From Podarcis muralis (Eukaryota), in contig NC_135660.1 in NCBI RefSeq assembly GCF_964188315.1, positions 68,262,001 through 68,326,000 on the forward strand: a stretch of 64,000 bases of DNA. The letters run 5' to 3'. The position numbers were made by a program, and so were the translations under genes. Under the pieces are notes generated by a model. It made no database searches and was not told where the DNA came from. It saw only the letters and a list, made by a program, of their open reading frames with translations. How positions within the stretch are numbered: the first letter of the stretch is position 1; every line of letters begins with the position of its first letter. Positions 50,792 through 63,567 of the stretch are shown here, piece after piece.

Positions 50792-51369
50792 GATTATTAT
50801 AATTTATTGCTTGTACCCCACCCTTCTGACTGCCACTCTGGGCAGCTTCCAACATACAGTGGTACCACGGGTTAAGAACTTAATTCGTTCTGGAGGTCCG
50901 TTCTTAACCTGAAACTGTTCTTAACCTGAAGCACCACTTTAGCTAATGGGGCCTCCTGCTGCCGCCGCACCGTCGGAGCACGATTTCTGTTCTCATCCTG
51001 AGGCAAAGTTCTTAACCCAAGGTAATATTTCTGGGTTAGCGGAGTCTGTAACCTGAAGCGTGTGTAACCTGAAGCGTATGTAACCTGAGGTACCACTGTA
51101 TATAAAAACATAATAAAGCATTAAACCAATAAAAAAATAGAAAGCATCTCTATATAGGGCTGCCTTCAGGTGTCTTCTAAAGGTTTTATAATCTCATTGA
51201 CATCTGATGGGAGGGCGTTCCACAGGGTATGTGCCTCCACCAAGAAGGCCCTCTGCCTGGTTCCCTGTAGCTTCACTTCTTGCAGTGAGGAAACCGCCAG
51301 AAGGCCCTTGGTGCTGGATCTCAGTGTCCAGGCTGAACGATGGAGGTGGAGGTACTCCTTCAGGTATAC
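50792..51369 (-). mobile_element. L2 3' fragment with a nested MITE
   Basis: ORF 51166..51444 has YLKEYLH...TLRS...LLAV...RQRAF.VEA..LWNALP; 3' UTR split at a TA by the MITE. Confidence 0.85.
50857..51098 (+). mobile_element. Tc1/mariner MITE family A, copy 4
   Basis: TIR with TA flanks, 242 bp, closely similar to copy 1. Confidence 0.92.
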
Positions 51370-51668
51370 AAGAAGCCATTGTAGACAATAGTGTGTCACA
51401 CTTAGACTGCAAGGATCTGGGATGAAGTTCCTGCTCTGCCACAATGTTCACAGGATGACCTTGCACCAGCCAAGACCTCTCTGCCTAACTCTACCTCACT
51501 GGGTGTTGTGAGCAGAAAATAGAGAATGTCCCATGTACAGTGTCCTGAGTTATTTGAAGGAGAGGTAGAGTATGGCTGCAGTAAGTGACAACAGCAGGCA
51601 GATTCTTACTCATGTTCCTGCAAAGTTTTGAATCAAATTGTTGCATAAGGTGTGTACAATCCGTAACG

Positions 51669-52274
51669 CATAGCTGTCAAGTGTCCCTTATTTGAAGGGA
51701 CAGTCCCTTATTCCAGCACCATGTCCCGCTGCTGTCCCTTATTGATAGATGTCCCTTAAATGTCCCTTAAATGATGTCCCTTAAATTTCAAAGGAAGCAG
51801 CTCCTCTCCCTCTCTCCCTGCCGGCCAGGGAGGAGGGAGGCTCCAACTGTGTTGCTTGGCTGTGTTGCTCACCCAATAAGAAGTCTAAGAACGACTGGGG
51901 GGTGGAGCTTGCATGCCTTGTGTGTGGCTAGTTAATGCAAGCTGAGGGGTTTTTTGAATACTGGACGCCATTTTGTTGCACGTGCTGCTGCAAACTTTGC
52001 AGTGCAAAGCCAGGCCGGGAAGCCATCTTAAGTTGAGGCTGCATAGGGCTTGTGGTGCATGTGATTCAGATTCTGTTCAGTTGAACCTCTGGTTACAAAG
52101 TTGGTTGGACAGTGTTCTCGAAGCTACCAGCATGAGTTTGACCAGACTGCAGGAGGACAGGAAGACTGGAGTGCCTGGAACAGGTGAGGCTGCAGGTCCC
52201 TTATTTTGGCTGCTGGTCCCTTATTTTCAAGGCTGCTGGTCCCTTATTTTCAAATCTGTAAGTTGACAGCTATG
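51669..52274. mobile_element. 606-bp non-autonomous DNA transposon with 12-bp TIR and 9-bp TSD
   Basis: TIR CATAGCTGTCAA / TTGACAGCTATG; TSD TCCGTAACG at 51660-68 and 52275-83; repeated GTCCCTTA subterminal motifs at both ends. Confidence 0.88.
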
Positions 52275-53785
52275 TCCGTAACGTGGAATGATTTGGATTT
52301 TAACAGCAGTGAGAAAGTACAACTAGGCTACAGAGGACTTCAGATACTGCAATTGGTCATGAAATTGCTGTGTCACCTTTTCCCTGTCCTATTTTTCAAA
52401 ATTTAGCCAGGCTTAGATCCATGCTAAATTAAGATAAACAGCTGGAAGAGTTGTTAGCACTTGCTTCCTTTTTCAGTTGATTTGTCTGACCTTAAGCTGC
52501 AGTTTATTAAGAATGCAAAAGATGGGAAGCTGATGTAAGCTGAACTTTCAGGTGGTTTTGCTCTGCTGCTATGTGCCTTGAATTGAATTTCTTTAAAATA
52601 TACTGTAGAGTATTGATTGAAGGTAGTTTTCTGATGACCTGTTTGCATAGTCACTCCCCTCCTCCCCACTTTCTGTGAAACAGTCAAGCACTTTCACTCT
52701 GCCCCTAACCAGAGTTCTTAAAGCTAATGTGCAAATCCTGGTGGAGATGGACATTTGAAAGTGAGAGCATTTTGAAAAAAGGCCATTTGGTTGATTAAAG
52801 GCCTAATGTGGCAAAGTAATCATGTGTCTGCGTGGGGGATGTACCCCTTTCACATATGCCATGAATTTGATGAATGGCCTTAGGGAAAGCTGTTTGACTC
52901 AGTATAGGAACTGGGTAACGAAATCTGTTCTGTTATGTATCAGACAGTCACCTTTTTTATTATTTTTCCAACTTTATAAATAAGGTTTTTATCCCAGGCT
53001 GTGTACCTGAATTGGATATGATTTTTTATATATATTTGATATTGTTTCTTATATTGCTGGTAATTTTTATTATTATATCGATTCAGAATATTTGCTCGGA
53101 AGCCATTCATAAAAGGAATTAGTTATAAAGGGGTGTGTGTGCAAGGACCACAACATTTAGTGTTCAAAATGCAACATTTTAATAACTAGTTCTGACTGTT
53201 CAGTCACACTCTAGCATGGGTGTGAACCTGCAACCTAGCCCAGACATTGTGGTCATCAGGAAGAGGGAGTAAGTTTAGCCCCCCAATATGTTTCCCATAT
53301 AAGTGAATGATTTCCATATCATGTATATGTGCCATTGTGTCCCCATTATTTAGACATGCACAGCCTTCTCAACACCCCCTGCCTGTCACAATGGCAGTTT
53401 TGCTAGTAGTTATTAAATGCCACACTACTGGAACAGAGGCAAATACTTTTTACTGATGTACACTATATGGACTTGTTTGAATGAATGATTTTGGTCACAG
53501 ACCAATAAAGAATTGTTGAAATTATTATGCTTGAGGGCTTAGAAGAGACTATAGTCATAAAGGACCCAAAGAAAAGTGAAGAACCAAAGTGTTTGGTTGG
53601 GTTGATGTTTAACAATAACTCTGCCCATCACTAAATCATTCCCTTTTCTATATGTAGTACAGTAAGTTGTTTTATTGGTTAGCATTTTGCAGGGGTTGTA
53701 TATGGAATTACCTACACGTGTCAAAGCAAATTGTTGTGCTGTTTGAATGGGGAGGATCTGATGTTCTCTTTCTCTATATTTTTAG

Positions 53786-53953
<168 letters not shown>

Positions 53954-56900
53954 TGACCTTGTATATAATGATAGCAAGTACCGGTATATGTGATTATGCA
54001 GAAGTGAATTCTTGGTTTTGTAATCTGTTTAAAAGGTTGATTGGCTTATTTCATTTGTCAACTATCAATAGCTATAAATTTCTATGTAGAGATATTGGCT
54101 CTGGCTATTTCTTCCTGAAATGAGGCTCAGGGATGATGATTTAATTTTCAGCTTCTTTAGTTGCGTCTTAGGTACCGAAGGGCCTCCCCACAGTGTTGGG
54201 TGCTGTTGCGGGGGCAGCTTAATTGCAGGGAATACTGAAAAGTTGAAGTAGCAGAAACAAATTTCTCCCCTGAAGACACAGCTTGGAGTAGCTGGAAATA
54301 GAAGCTAATTATGCAGACTTTCAACTCATAATTTTGCTTTTAGCTTAAGGCTACCATGAAATATAAGTGGATGCTTCCCTGTCATAGAGGAAGTTGTTGG
54401 GAGGGGGGAATCTAAATTTATGAAAACTGTAGGCCATCACTAATCTCTAGGCTTGGCTGCTCAGGTGACAAAAACATCTTAGAATATGCCCTTCCAAAAA
54501 CAAATTAAAGGAAAAAACAAGAAGCATTCTCCAGTGGCTATTATAGAACAAGTTCATGAGATCGTGTTGCAAAGAGAAAAGTATTTTGAGACTCTTCATA
54601 CAGTTTTATGTAGACCTAAAAGATGCAAAGCTTCAAAGAGCTTCACATATTTTATCTGGGGGGTTTAAAACACATACCAGCACCCCTGTAAGCTAGGCCA
54701 GTAATGTTATCCTCAAATGGCAGATGGGTAGAGAGCAGAGGCTGAAAGGGGTGGACTTACATAAGACCAACTGGAGGTTGCACCCAGGAACTTCTATACA
54801 GTATAGTTCAAGTCCCTTAGCCACTACATTATATCTGCTCCACATGGATAACATGGAGGTGCACTCCAGGAAAACTTCCCCCCATCTACATTTTGCTCAG
54901 ACTTCAAGTGCTGACAATTTCTCCCAGTTGAGAAGTTCTCTCACTCTCCCAAATCAGGATGGTTAAATGAGGTTTGTGAGATTCTTGGCTTTGCTTGTGT
55001 GGAGCTAATTGGTCCTTGAAATACTTTGCTGGTGCAACCCATATTGAAACGTACAGACATTAGCCGTTTTGTCTCGAGACAGTGCAATTGCTCCAGACAT
55101 ATGGTTAGAGGTAAGTTATTACAGAATAACGACAGGCTTTACTGAGAGAAAATGTGAGGGAGCAGGTATTAGGAGGGAAGGGATGCTTACGGGAAGTAAT
55201 TAAGATCTGAGAGGGGCTCTTTACTATGTAAAACACAGGTTGTTAGTGACCTGGGGTTACTGTCTGATGGATTTTGAATAACTCTTGTGAAAGGATCATT
55301 GCCAAGTAGTTTCTCTGAAACCTCCTGTATACCTCTTGATCTCTACTTAAGCATTTCTAAGGAGAAGCCAGTAAATTGAAATATCTGACCCAACTGCTGT
55401 CATATTTTTTTAAGCTTATGAAAGTGCAGTGTGTTAGTAATGCATTTTGATTCACTTCAGACTACAGTAGTTTTGTTTAGTATGCTTTATGTGAACTATG
55501 CACATTCCCTAAAGACTATATATCTTGGGCAGAAGTAGCTGTTTTAAAAATAAACGTTCTTTAGAACTTGTTTGATGGCAGAATACAGAAATTTAATTTC
55601 CGTGGTACTAGGTATATGAAGTATTTTATGATACTCAGTTATTCATCCTTCTAATTACCCTGTTGGTTAAGTGTCATATCGAAGACCCTACAGTATCCAA
55701 GCAAATGCATTTAGGCTGCAATGCTATCCACTCTTACCTGGAAGGAAGGCTTATGAGACATAATGGATCTGTCTTCCATGTAGATATGTGTAGGATTGTG
55801 CTGTAAAGGTGGGTTTCATGAGTAAAGCAAGACCCGTGGCCTTGTGCAGAGGCAGTCCCACGTAGATATGAAGCCAGTTTGGTATAGCGGCTAGAGTGTT
55901 GAACCTGGGAGACCAAGGTTCAAATCCTACTCGGTATTGCAGCTGACTGGGGTGACCTTGGGCAAGTTACCGTCTCTCAGCCAAACCTACCTGACAGAGT
56001 TGTTGGAAAGTTAAAATAGAACACGGGGTGAGCCATGTGTACCACCTCAAAGAAACTGGGATATAAATATAATTTTAAAAGCAGCAGATAAGTCATTTGA
56101 GGGCGCAAGAGACCTTTGCACAAATGTGGACTGGACAAGCAAAAGTCAAATTTAGGGGTGTCTTGGTCCCTAGGCGGTGAGTTATGAGGCCATGGAAGGG
56201 GTTGAAGGTAAGGAGAAGAAGCTTGTGTAGGTTCCGGGCACATACATGAAGCCAAGCTAAGGATTTTAAGAAATGGCATTGCTGCTTAAAATGACAAGAG
56301 GGCACTTTTTGTCCCTCAGGTGCTATAAAAAGCATTCCATATTAAAATTTGTTTTTCTGTTAAAAGATTTAGACAAATCTAGTGGTAGGGCAGGACTATC
56401 AGCAGCAATTATTCATAATAAGTAAATGGCATTTTGCTGTAGAGAGGGAATATAGTTATGAATACCAGATGCTGGGAACATGACATCTGGGAAAGTCTTT
56501 CGCCATGCCACATGAGTACCACGTGAGGTGGACCACTGTTAAAACAAAATTCAGGACTACGTGGGCCTAGTTTATCGGTGACTCATGTGCTCACAAGAGC
56601 ATCATCAAACAAATCTTATTTTCCATGATGCTTTTGGAACAAACCCCAAATTCCAATATCCTACTAGGCCTAAGCATGTGTGACTGAAATAACCACAAAT
56701 TCTTCTCAGTTTTCCTCTCCTTCTTTTGTCTCCATTTTGTCTGGGGTTTTTTAATTGTAAGCTGCTTGGGATAGAAACTTGTTCTTCTTTGCAAAATGCA
56801 TAGAGGGCATTGTATAAAATAGCAATAAACTTAGCACAATTTTTTTAGACCCTATCAAGCCAGAACCCATTGATTTCAGTGGGAGAGATTCGAGCAGGTG

Positions 56901-57628
56901 GTTAACTCTCCCATTCAACTTAAATTACCATTAAAAACGTGTGCTTTGGACATGCAAAAGTATTTTTTTTTTAAAAGCCAGTTTACTCAGGTGATCGTTC
57001 TTCAGCACAGCATCCACAAATCGAATGCACTGCTTGACAGTCTTATAACTTTTTCCCTCAGCTTATGAAGCTGATGACAGAGGAGATTTTATTGCCTTGG
57101 CTTAGGAGAGTCTCAGAGATCTTCTGAGTTGATTAATAACTCTGTTTCCTGCACTATGACCATTATGAACTTCTGAATATATGGGAAGCATTTTATCATG
57201 TTTACTCATAAACAGGTGGCAGTGATATATATCTGCCTTGCTGATCAACGGCTGCTGGTTTCCCCTTCTCTCCCTGTTCCCCACATCTTGCCAGTCTTGA
57301 GTAATAAGACGACAATGTCATTATTTAAAATTTCATCTGGAATTCTTTTTGTACATGTGTATATAGAAATAAAAGAAATAAAATACAAATAGACTGAATA
57401 TGCATGCCTATGGTTGCTTACCAGTTCTGGCTTGGGTGGTAATCCTCACCATGTCTATTCAAAAGTAGTCCAATTGAATTCAATAGTGCTTACTCCCAGG
57501 TGTTAAGATTGCAGCCCTAGATGTTAACCATAATATGCCAGTTTGGAAGCTAAACACATAATGGAGAAATGATTGAGTTAGCACCGAATTGGTGCTGCAT
57601 ACACACATGGCTCATGCATAGTGGTGGA

Positions 57629-57629
<1 letters not shown>

Positions 57630-57686
<57 letters not shown>

Positions 57687-57724
57687 TTTATTATGTATAC
57701 CCCACCCATCTGGCTGGGTTTCCA
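57630..57724 (-). repeat. (AAT)19 microsatellite, the tail of a very short L2 3' end
   Basis: AAT array 57630-57686 followed by ttattatgtataccccacccatctggctgggtttcc. Confidence 0.9.
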
Positions 57725-58627
57725 AGATCTTTCAACTGGAAGACATATCCACCATGAATGTAAGAGTCCTCCATAGCCATTCTGTAGGTATCATTCTGAG
57801 GTCTTTTTTATGATTTAATGGCTATGATTAATCATTTTATACTGCCATGTGTTTGAATTTAAACTTCATGAAAATCATTCCATATTTCAAGAATATATTC
57901 CCGTTTTTGTGTTTAAATGTGTAAAAGTTGGCCATCAAAAAACTTAATTGGCATCCCTTGTCTTTCTAATAGTGTAGTAGATTGCATTTTAGACATTTTA
58001 GTGCTTAATTGGGCATTAGCAAGCATCTTGCCAAATATGGCTGTTCCATATGAGTCCTATCTTCTCTCTTAGCTATGAATAATGAAATGTCTGATTTTGT
58101 AGGCAATGGTGATAACACAGAACAAAATATGCAGGGTGGTAATCTATCTTCTCATATGCTGTGAATCAAATTATTCTAAGTATACAGATCGTATTCTTCC
58201 CACATAACAAACAGACCAGGTTGTTGGTTTAAATTGAAATTCTTAACTTGCATTTTTGTCTCAAACATAGCTGGTTCTACGTTCTGTTTTTCTCAGTTGG
58301 AGTGTATTTGCTCAGTGGATTAGTTTATCCTCACTGAATTGTTTTCTCTCTTCCCTTCCTGGACCTTATTAAAGTTTCCAATGTTGCAGAGGTCCCATGC
58401 TGTTTATACCATATCAAGTCTTAAATCAGTCAATAACTATTTATGTGAGTTAAGTTTATAGTAATATAACTTATTCATAAACTACTTCTTCCACAGTATC
58501 TCAGAATCGATCCTTGCTGCTTCTTCCTCCCATACGAAATCTGCTAACATTTAGGGTTGTGCTAAACACGATGTAATATAGTAAAGAGGAATAGCAGTTT
58601 AGGAGCCGTCAGTTTCTTAACAGTGCT

Positions 58628-58875
58628 CTGTGCACTTTGGAACTCCCTGCCTATTGAGATCCAGCAGGTGCCTTCACTGTATTCTTTTCATCACCTGCTA
58701 AAAACATTTTTGTTTAGGCAAGCCTACGCAGATGCTTAGAAAGTTGAAGTAATTTTAATCTATTTTAATATTTTAACTTTCGTATAGTTTTATCTTTTTG
58801 TAAACTGCTTTGAGGCATTTCCCCCCCAATCAAGCAGTGTATAAATTTCATCAAACAAACAAACAAACAAACAAA
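58628..58875 (+). mobile_element. L2 3' end with (CAAA)n tail
   Basis: LWNSLP-like tggaactccctgcc...cctgctaaaaacatttttgtttag...; tail at 58852-58875. Confidence 0.75.
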
Positions 58876-60205
58876 GGCAATGTCAAACTTTCCAATCATT
58901 TAAAGTCTTTCATCTCTCTTCCTCTGATTACTGGTTCATAATTCAATGTTAATAACTACCTGTGATTTTCTAGTATGAGAGATTCTCAAATACCTCATCA
59001 TATTTTGTTGTTCAAAGCTTTCTGTCCTGGCTTCTAGCTTTAATTAGGGTTGAACCGTAATAGAAACAATTGATTCATTCTGGAATTCGGCTGAATTTTG
59101 TATGTGTTTAAGCAAGTTTTTCACCCTTAAATCTGACGGATAAAGTCATTTGCCCACCCTTTTGCGTAACAAAACACCTGGAACCACTGACAATCCATTG
59201 CAGAGTTTACTCTGCTTATGGAAGCCTCTTTTACATCTGACGTTCGTCTGTTGATTGGAAAAGGTAAAATTACATCCTAAGATGATGTGGACCCTCTTGC
59301 CCAAGCAGAACAGCTTCAAGCAAAAGCACGAGACTGGCTTATATTGCCTACATATTACAGCACTGTTTAAACACATGCAAAAGCTCTTTTGCCAGCATTT
59401 ACAGAATAGTTCCGGCTGCTATTTTTCTTCCTGGTTCTGAGGTTCCAGTTCATTGCATCTTGATTGCAGTGATGGAGGAAATGCCATGCATGGCTTCTTC
59501 CTCAATTTAGCTACCGCAAGTAGAACGCTGGTATAATGGATTGAGTCCGTGCTGGAAGCTTCAAAGCTGCAAATGGTGAATATAACCCATTTGGTCTTGC
59601 GCCCCCACAGCACACCATTTTGTGTGCGCTGTATTTCATGGTGGCAAATGGCAGGTTACTGCAACATTTCTAGTACCTTTATCTACTGCTTCATCTGCTC
59701 CTTAGTTTCATCTCCTTCTGTAAGATTAACTATTGATTACTGTCTTCTCCCTTCAGCATCTGTCAAATTTACCTTTTCTACCCACTTAGTTTGGAGCTCA
59801 TAGACCATCGTTTGCTTTCAGCTTCTATGAAATGAATGTTACTTAAAGTTTGATGGCAATTTTGAAATCTGTGAATGGCATCTGTTGCTTAAGGCAGTAT
59901 AAATATTGAAGGATGGAGGTTAATGTATAAGGTAGTAGGGAAGGGTAGAGGAATAACTTGTGTATTCTGTTCTAAGAGAAGCAAGGTGTGGCACCACCAT
60001 TATGTCTTGATATAGCTATGGCTACTATTCCCCAGATCTGTACACATTTCATAAGATATAAAATGAAGCTACTATTAAGCTGAGCTTTCCTGTACTTTCT
60101 ATGTTTTGGTTGGTTAGAGCTTAATGTGCTTGAACCATGTGAATATATTTCATAACATTCAATCCATGCTACATAAAACCTTTGCTTTTCTCTTGTTTCT
60201 TTTAG

Positions 60206-60249
60206 ACCTCGGACTTGATCAGTTTGTGGTGAAACGCTATGATGGGAAG
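60206..60249 (+). CDS. MICU1: MICU1 exon 5: (N)LGLDQFVVKRYDGK
   Basis: tttcttttag acceptor, AAG|gtgaga donor, 44 nt as in human; split codon A+AC = Asn; matches human HLGLDQYIIKRFDGK. Confidence 0.95.
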
Positions 60250-63200
60250 GTGAGATTCTTAAACCTGTGGGTGCATGCTAATTACCATTTTAGCTACTAA
60301 GGAAATGTTTATTTTCTCCTGTCTGTGAAGCTGTCTAGCAGTAAGCAAAGCTGTGTTAATTTTGGAGGTGATTATAGCAGGAATTTGGTGGGAATTTTTA
60401 TGGGCCACCAGGGAGAAGGGGACTAAATTTGATATTCTGAACAGCCTCTCTTGGCCCGGCTTGCACAGCACCAAGAATGTAGAACCATATCTAATAATAA
60501 AAAACAGAACTCTTCCCATAGGCATCTAGCTGGCTGCTGTGAGGTGGATCTTTGATCTGATCTAGCACAGTTAATTTAAATACTTAGCTGCAGCTTCCAA
60601 AGTATAGTTGTGGCAAAGTTGGCACTGTCCTTTCTCATTCGGGATAATTTCACCTGAGCGGTGTTCTTTTCACCTGTGATAGAAATTCAGTGTGTGAAAT
60701 CCTTGTGTCTCTTAAAAATCAAAATGGGTGTTGGATGCAAGTCAGCTTGCGCTGGAGGTTGATGCATCTGCATGGGGAAAGAGAAAGGAACCTCCAAGCT
60801 TCTTAGACTGCCCTTTTACCTGTGCTGCCCTTCCTTCAGGCTAGACGGATACTCTTGCAGTTGCTGACCTCATTTTCTCCTTCCTCCTCACCTTGGGAGA
60901 GCAGACATCCTTTGTGTCTCCACTGCTGACACTCAAGAGCAAGCACAGCTTGTTGCATTCTCCATCTTAGTTGGAACTAGGATCTTTCCTCTCAAATCAT
61001 GTATTTCCTGCAGGAAACATAGCTTTGTTCGCAATGTTATATCTAGGGTAAAACATGTTCCTCCCACAGTGATTCAGTGTTAAATTGAACTTTTAAACTC
61101 CAAATACCACCAATGGGAAGGTGGAATTCCCCTCCCCGAGCTCTTTTTAACTTCTTTCACTGTATATATAAGAAAGAGATGCAGAATTCCAAAGCTGCAT
61201 TTGCCTGCTTGTCCCTCCTGCTCTTTATTTCATTGAGCAGCACTCTCAGGCAAAGGCAAGTTTGCTTACTGCTTTCCTGCTTTGTCTCATTCCTGGGCTG
61301 ACCTATAATGAAGTGCACAGTTGCTGCTGTGCTTTTAAGAGCTGACATCCAGAATACAGCTTTGGCCGCTCCCCCCCCCCCCCTTTCTTCGGAGGCAGGC
61401 CCGCTCTGCTCTGTCTGGAGGTTTAGTGCCATTCCCACCAGCCTGCCTCCGGAGGGGAGGGGAACCATCTTTCTCTGCCAAGCTGTGCTGCCGTAGGGTG
61501 TGGAACTGGTCTCTTCCTTCCCGTCCCACTCTGCTCATTGCACACATGGGATGGTGTCACCATCTGCCTCTGCTCCTGGCCAGCTGAAGGGGAGGATGGA
61601 CTCTTTTTGACTTGGCAATAGTAACTGTGGCTTGGACTGAGCTGCTCTCAGTTTAAGCTGCTGTCGGGCACAGCAGTGATGGCAGGAATATGGGTGGGCC
61701 TGGAGAATAGGGCATTAATCCTCTCTGCATGGCCACACACCTTAATTTGTATAGCCTTCTATTTCTTGGTTATCCTGGAATGTGATCAAGACTTTGTTTA
61801 TGTCTGTTTTGAATATAATCTTGAATGCAATAGTCTACCCTGCTGCTTATAGTGTTGCGGACAAGGATATGCCTGAAGGCAAGTTGGCTAATTGACATTG
61901 CAATAATATACACTAAGCATATTTTCTTGCCCCTGTGGACTGGCTGTTCTGAAATTTCAGATCTTGCTACAGATCTGTTTTTATTTATGTGCATATATAT
62001 ATAATGCCACCAATCCTACTGAATCTATCCAGATAATCTGAATTTGTGCTGCGTAATTGTTTCAGCTCTTTTTGATGACCTTTTTTGTGACAGATGTGCT
62101 CTGTCAGGTGGTTCTTTGCATATTTATTTACCACACCGTTGACAGAAAATTCGAACTGTTAAGGACGTAACCTGTGAGAAATTCCATTGGGCTGCTTAAA
62201 AGAAGATATTTTCCCATAATGGAATATACAGTGGGCGTTTGCTCTCCCTCTCTCAGTCAAGTTCCAGACGTCTTTGTTTGCTGTTTGCTTCAGCAAATTG
62301 TCCTGATTGATTTCGGGTGGCTTCTTGGGCATGGAAAACCCAAATCCGGAATGCATTAGTCGTGAGCCGTGCATGTCAATATGTACGAAACTGCTGCTTT
62401 TGCCTTTACAATATACAGCAGCTTGAAAAGGACCAGCAGTCGACATACTGCTTCCATAGCTCAGTGTACATGAAAGGCTGAGCATGAGTGTGCTGGCTCT
62501 TAGAGAGGAGATCGTGGGCACTTCATTCCTTCTCAGTTCTTGCTGCTGTTTTTGTGAGCTAAGGCATGGTTTGACTTCAGCATGTCTCCTAAACCCAGAC
62601 TTACGGTTTGCCTTACTCCAAACAAGCAGCCAGCTGTAACCCAAAAATAAACCGTGCTTACACTGGTGGCTTGTTTGGAAGGAGATGAACCTCAAGCATG
62701 GACAACACACTGAGGCACACCATGGCTTAGCTCACTTCAGTGGAGCGCCAGGATTGAGGAGGAGCAAAGCGTCTGCAATCTGTCCGGGAGCCCAGCACAC
62801 TCATGGTTTGGCTTACATGGTTTGGCTTACACTAGGCCATTCTATCTTCCAGGAAGAAGTATCGATTGACAAAAAATGTGCCTGTGCCCTTTACAGTCCA
62901 CTTCAAGTTCAGCTGTTAGCGCTCATTCCTACAGGAGGACTTGGACAGCTGCCTGTGATATATTTGGATCTCAGATTTTAACCTGGGGTTAGCCATTAAT
63001 TTTTAACTGCAGCGGTTAATTGGTTTGTGCCTCGGGCCCAATACGGATGTTGCCCATCAGGGAAGACTCATCTCTTTTTAAGCATAAGAAAATATATTGT
63101 TAAGGGTTTGTGCTTGCAATATGAGGATGCTGTGGGCTCTTCCAAACATTGTTTTATATCTGTGAGCAGCCTCCCTTCTACCACTTCCCAGCTCTTGTCA

Positions 63201-63555
63201 AAGCTTTGTGGCATATTGCTTTTGTTGGCATAAACTGATGGAATTATGGAAGTCTTTCTTTCTCTTTCCCTTTAATTTAGTAACTACTAATTTTAATTTT
63301 TATTATGTTTTGGCAGGTAACTCCTAAATCTCACTGACCTTTTGTGCCTCCTTTTATTTCTTGGTTCTAAGGTGTGCAGCAGTATCTTGTTCCTGAGACA
63401 TGAATTGGGTTTTTTTCTTTATTTGTTTTATTCTGTGGTTCCTCTAACGATGTACAGTTTGTAATTATTTTGTTTTTGTTTTTTGTTTTTGTTTCTGTAA
63501 CCAAACCTTTGCTCATTTTCTTCCCTTTCTTCCTAACCTTTCCCCCTCTCATCAG

Positions 63556-63567
63556 GATTTTTGGCAG
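63556..63567 (+). CDS. MICU1: MICU1 12-nt alternative microexon GAT TTT TGG CAG = DFWQ (ortholog of MICU1.1 EFWQ)
   Basis: Branch-point-like CCTAAC at 63532-37, long polypyrimidine tract, catcag acceptor, gtactg donor; phase 0/0 after exon 5; differs from mammalian EFWQ only by E to D. Confidence 0.88.

Noticed and set aside
51680-52260. GTCCCTTA repeats as a CRISPR-like array
   Set aside because: Eukaryotic intron, irregular spacing, enclosed by TIRs and TSD; they are transposon subterminal repeats.
59475-59503. Palindrome GCCATGCATGGC with partial outer arms
   Set aside because: Short enough to arise by chance in 64 kb; no supporting context.
62159-62710. Longest ORF in the window (183 aa, minus strand)
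   Set aside because: Non-ATG start, no domain or coding-like composition; the region is better explained as a regulatory block on the plus strand.
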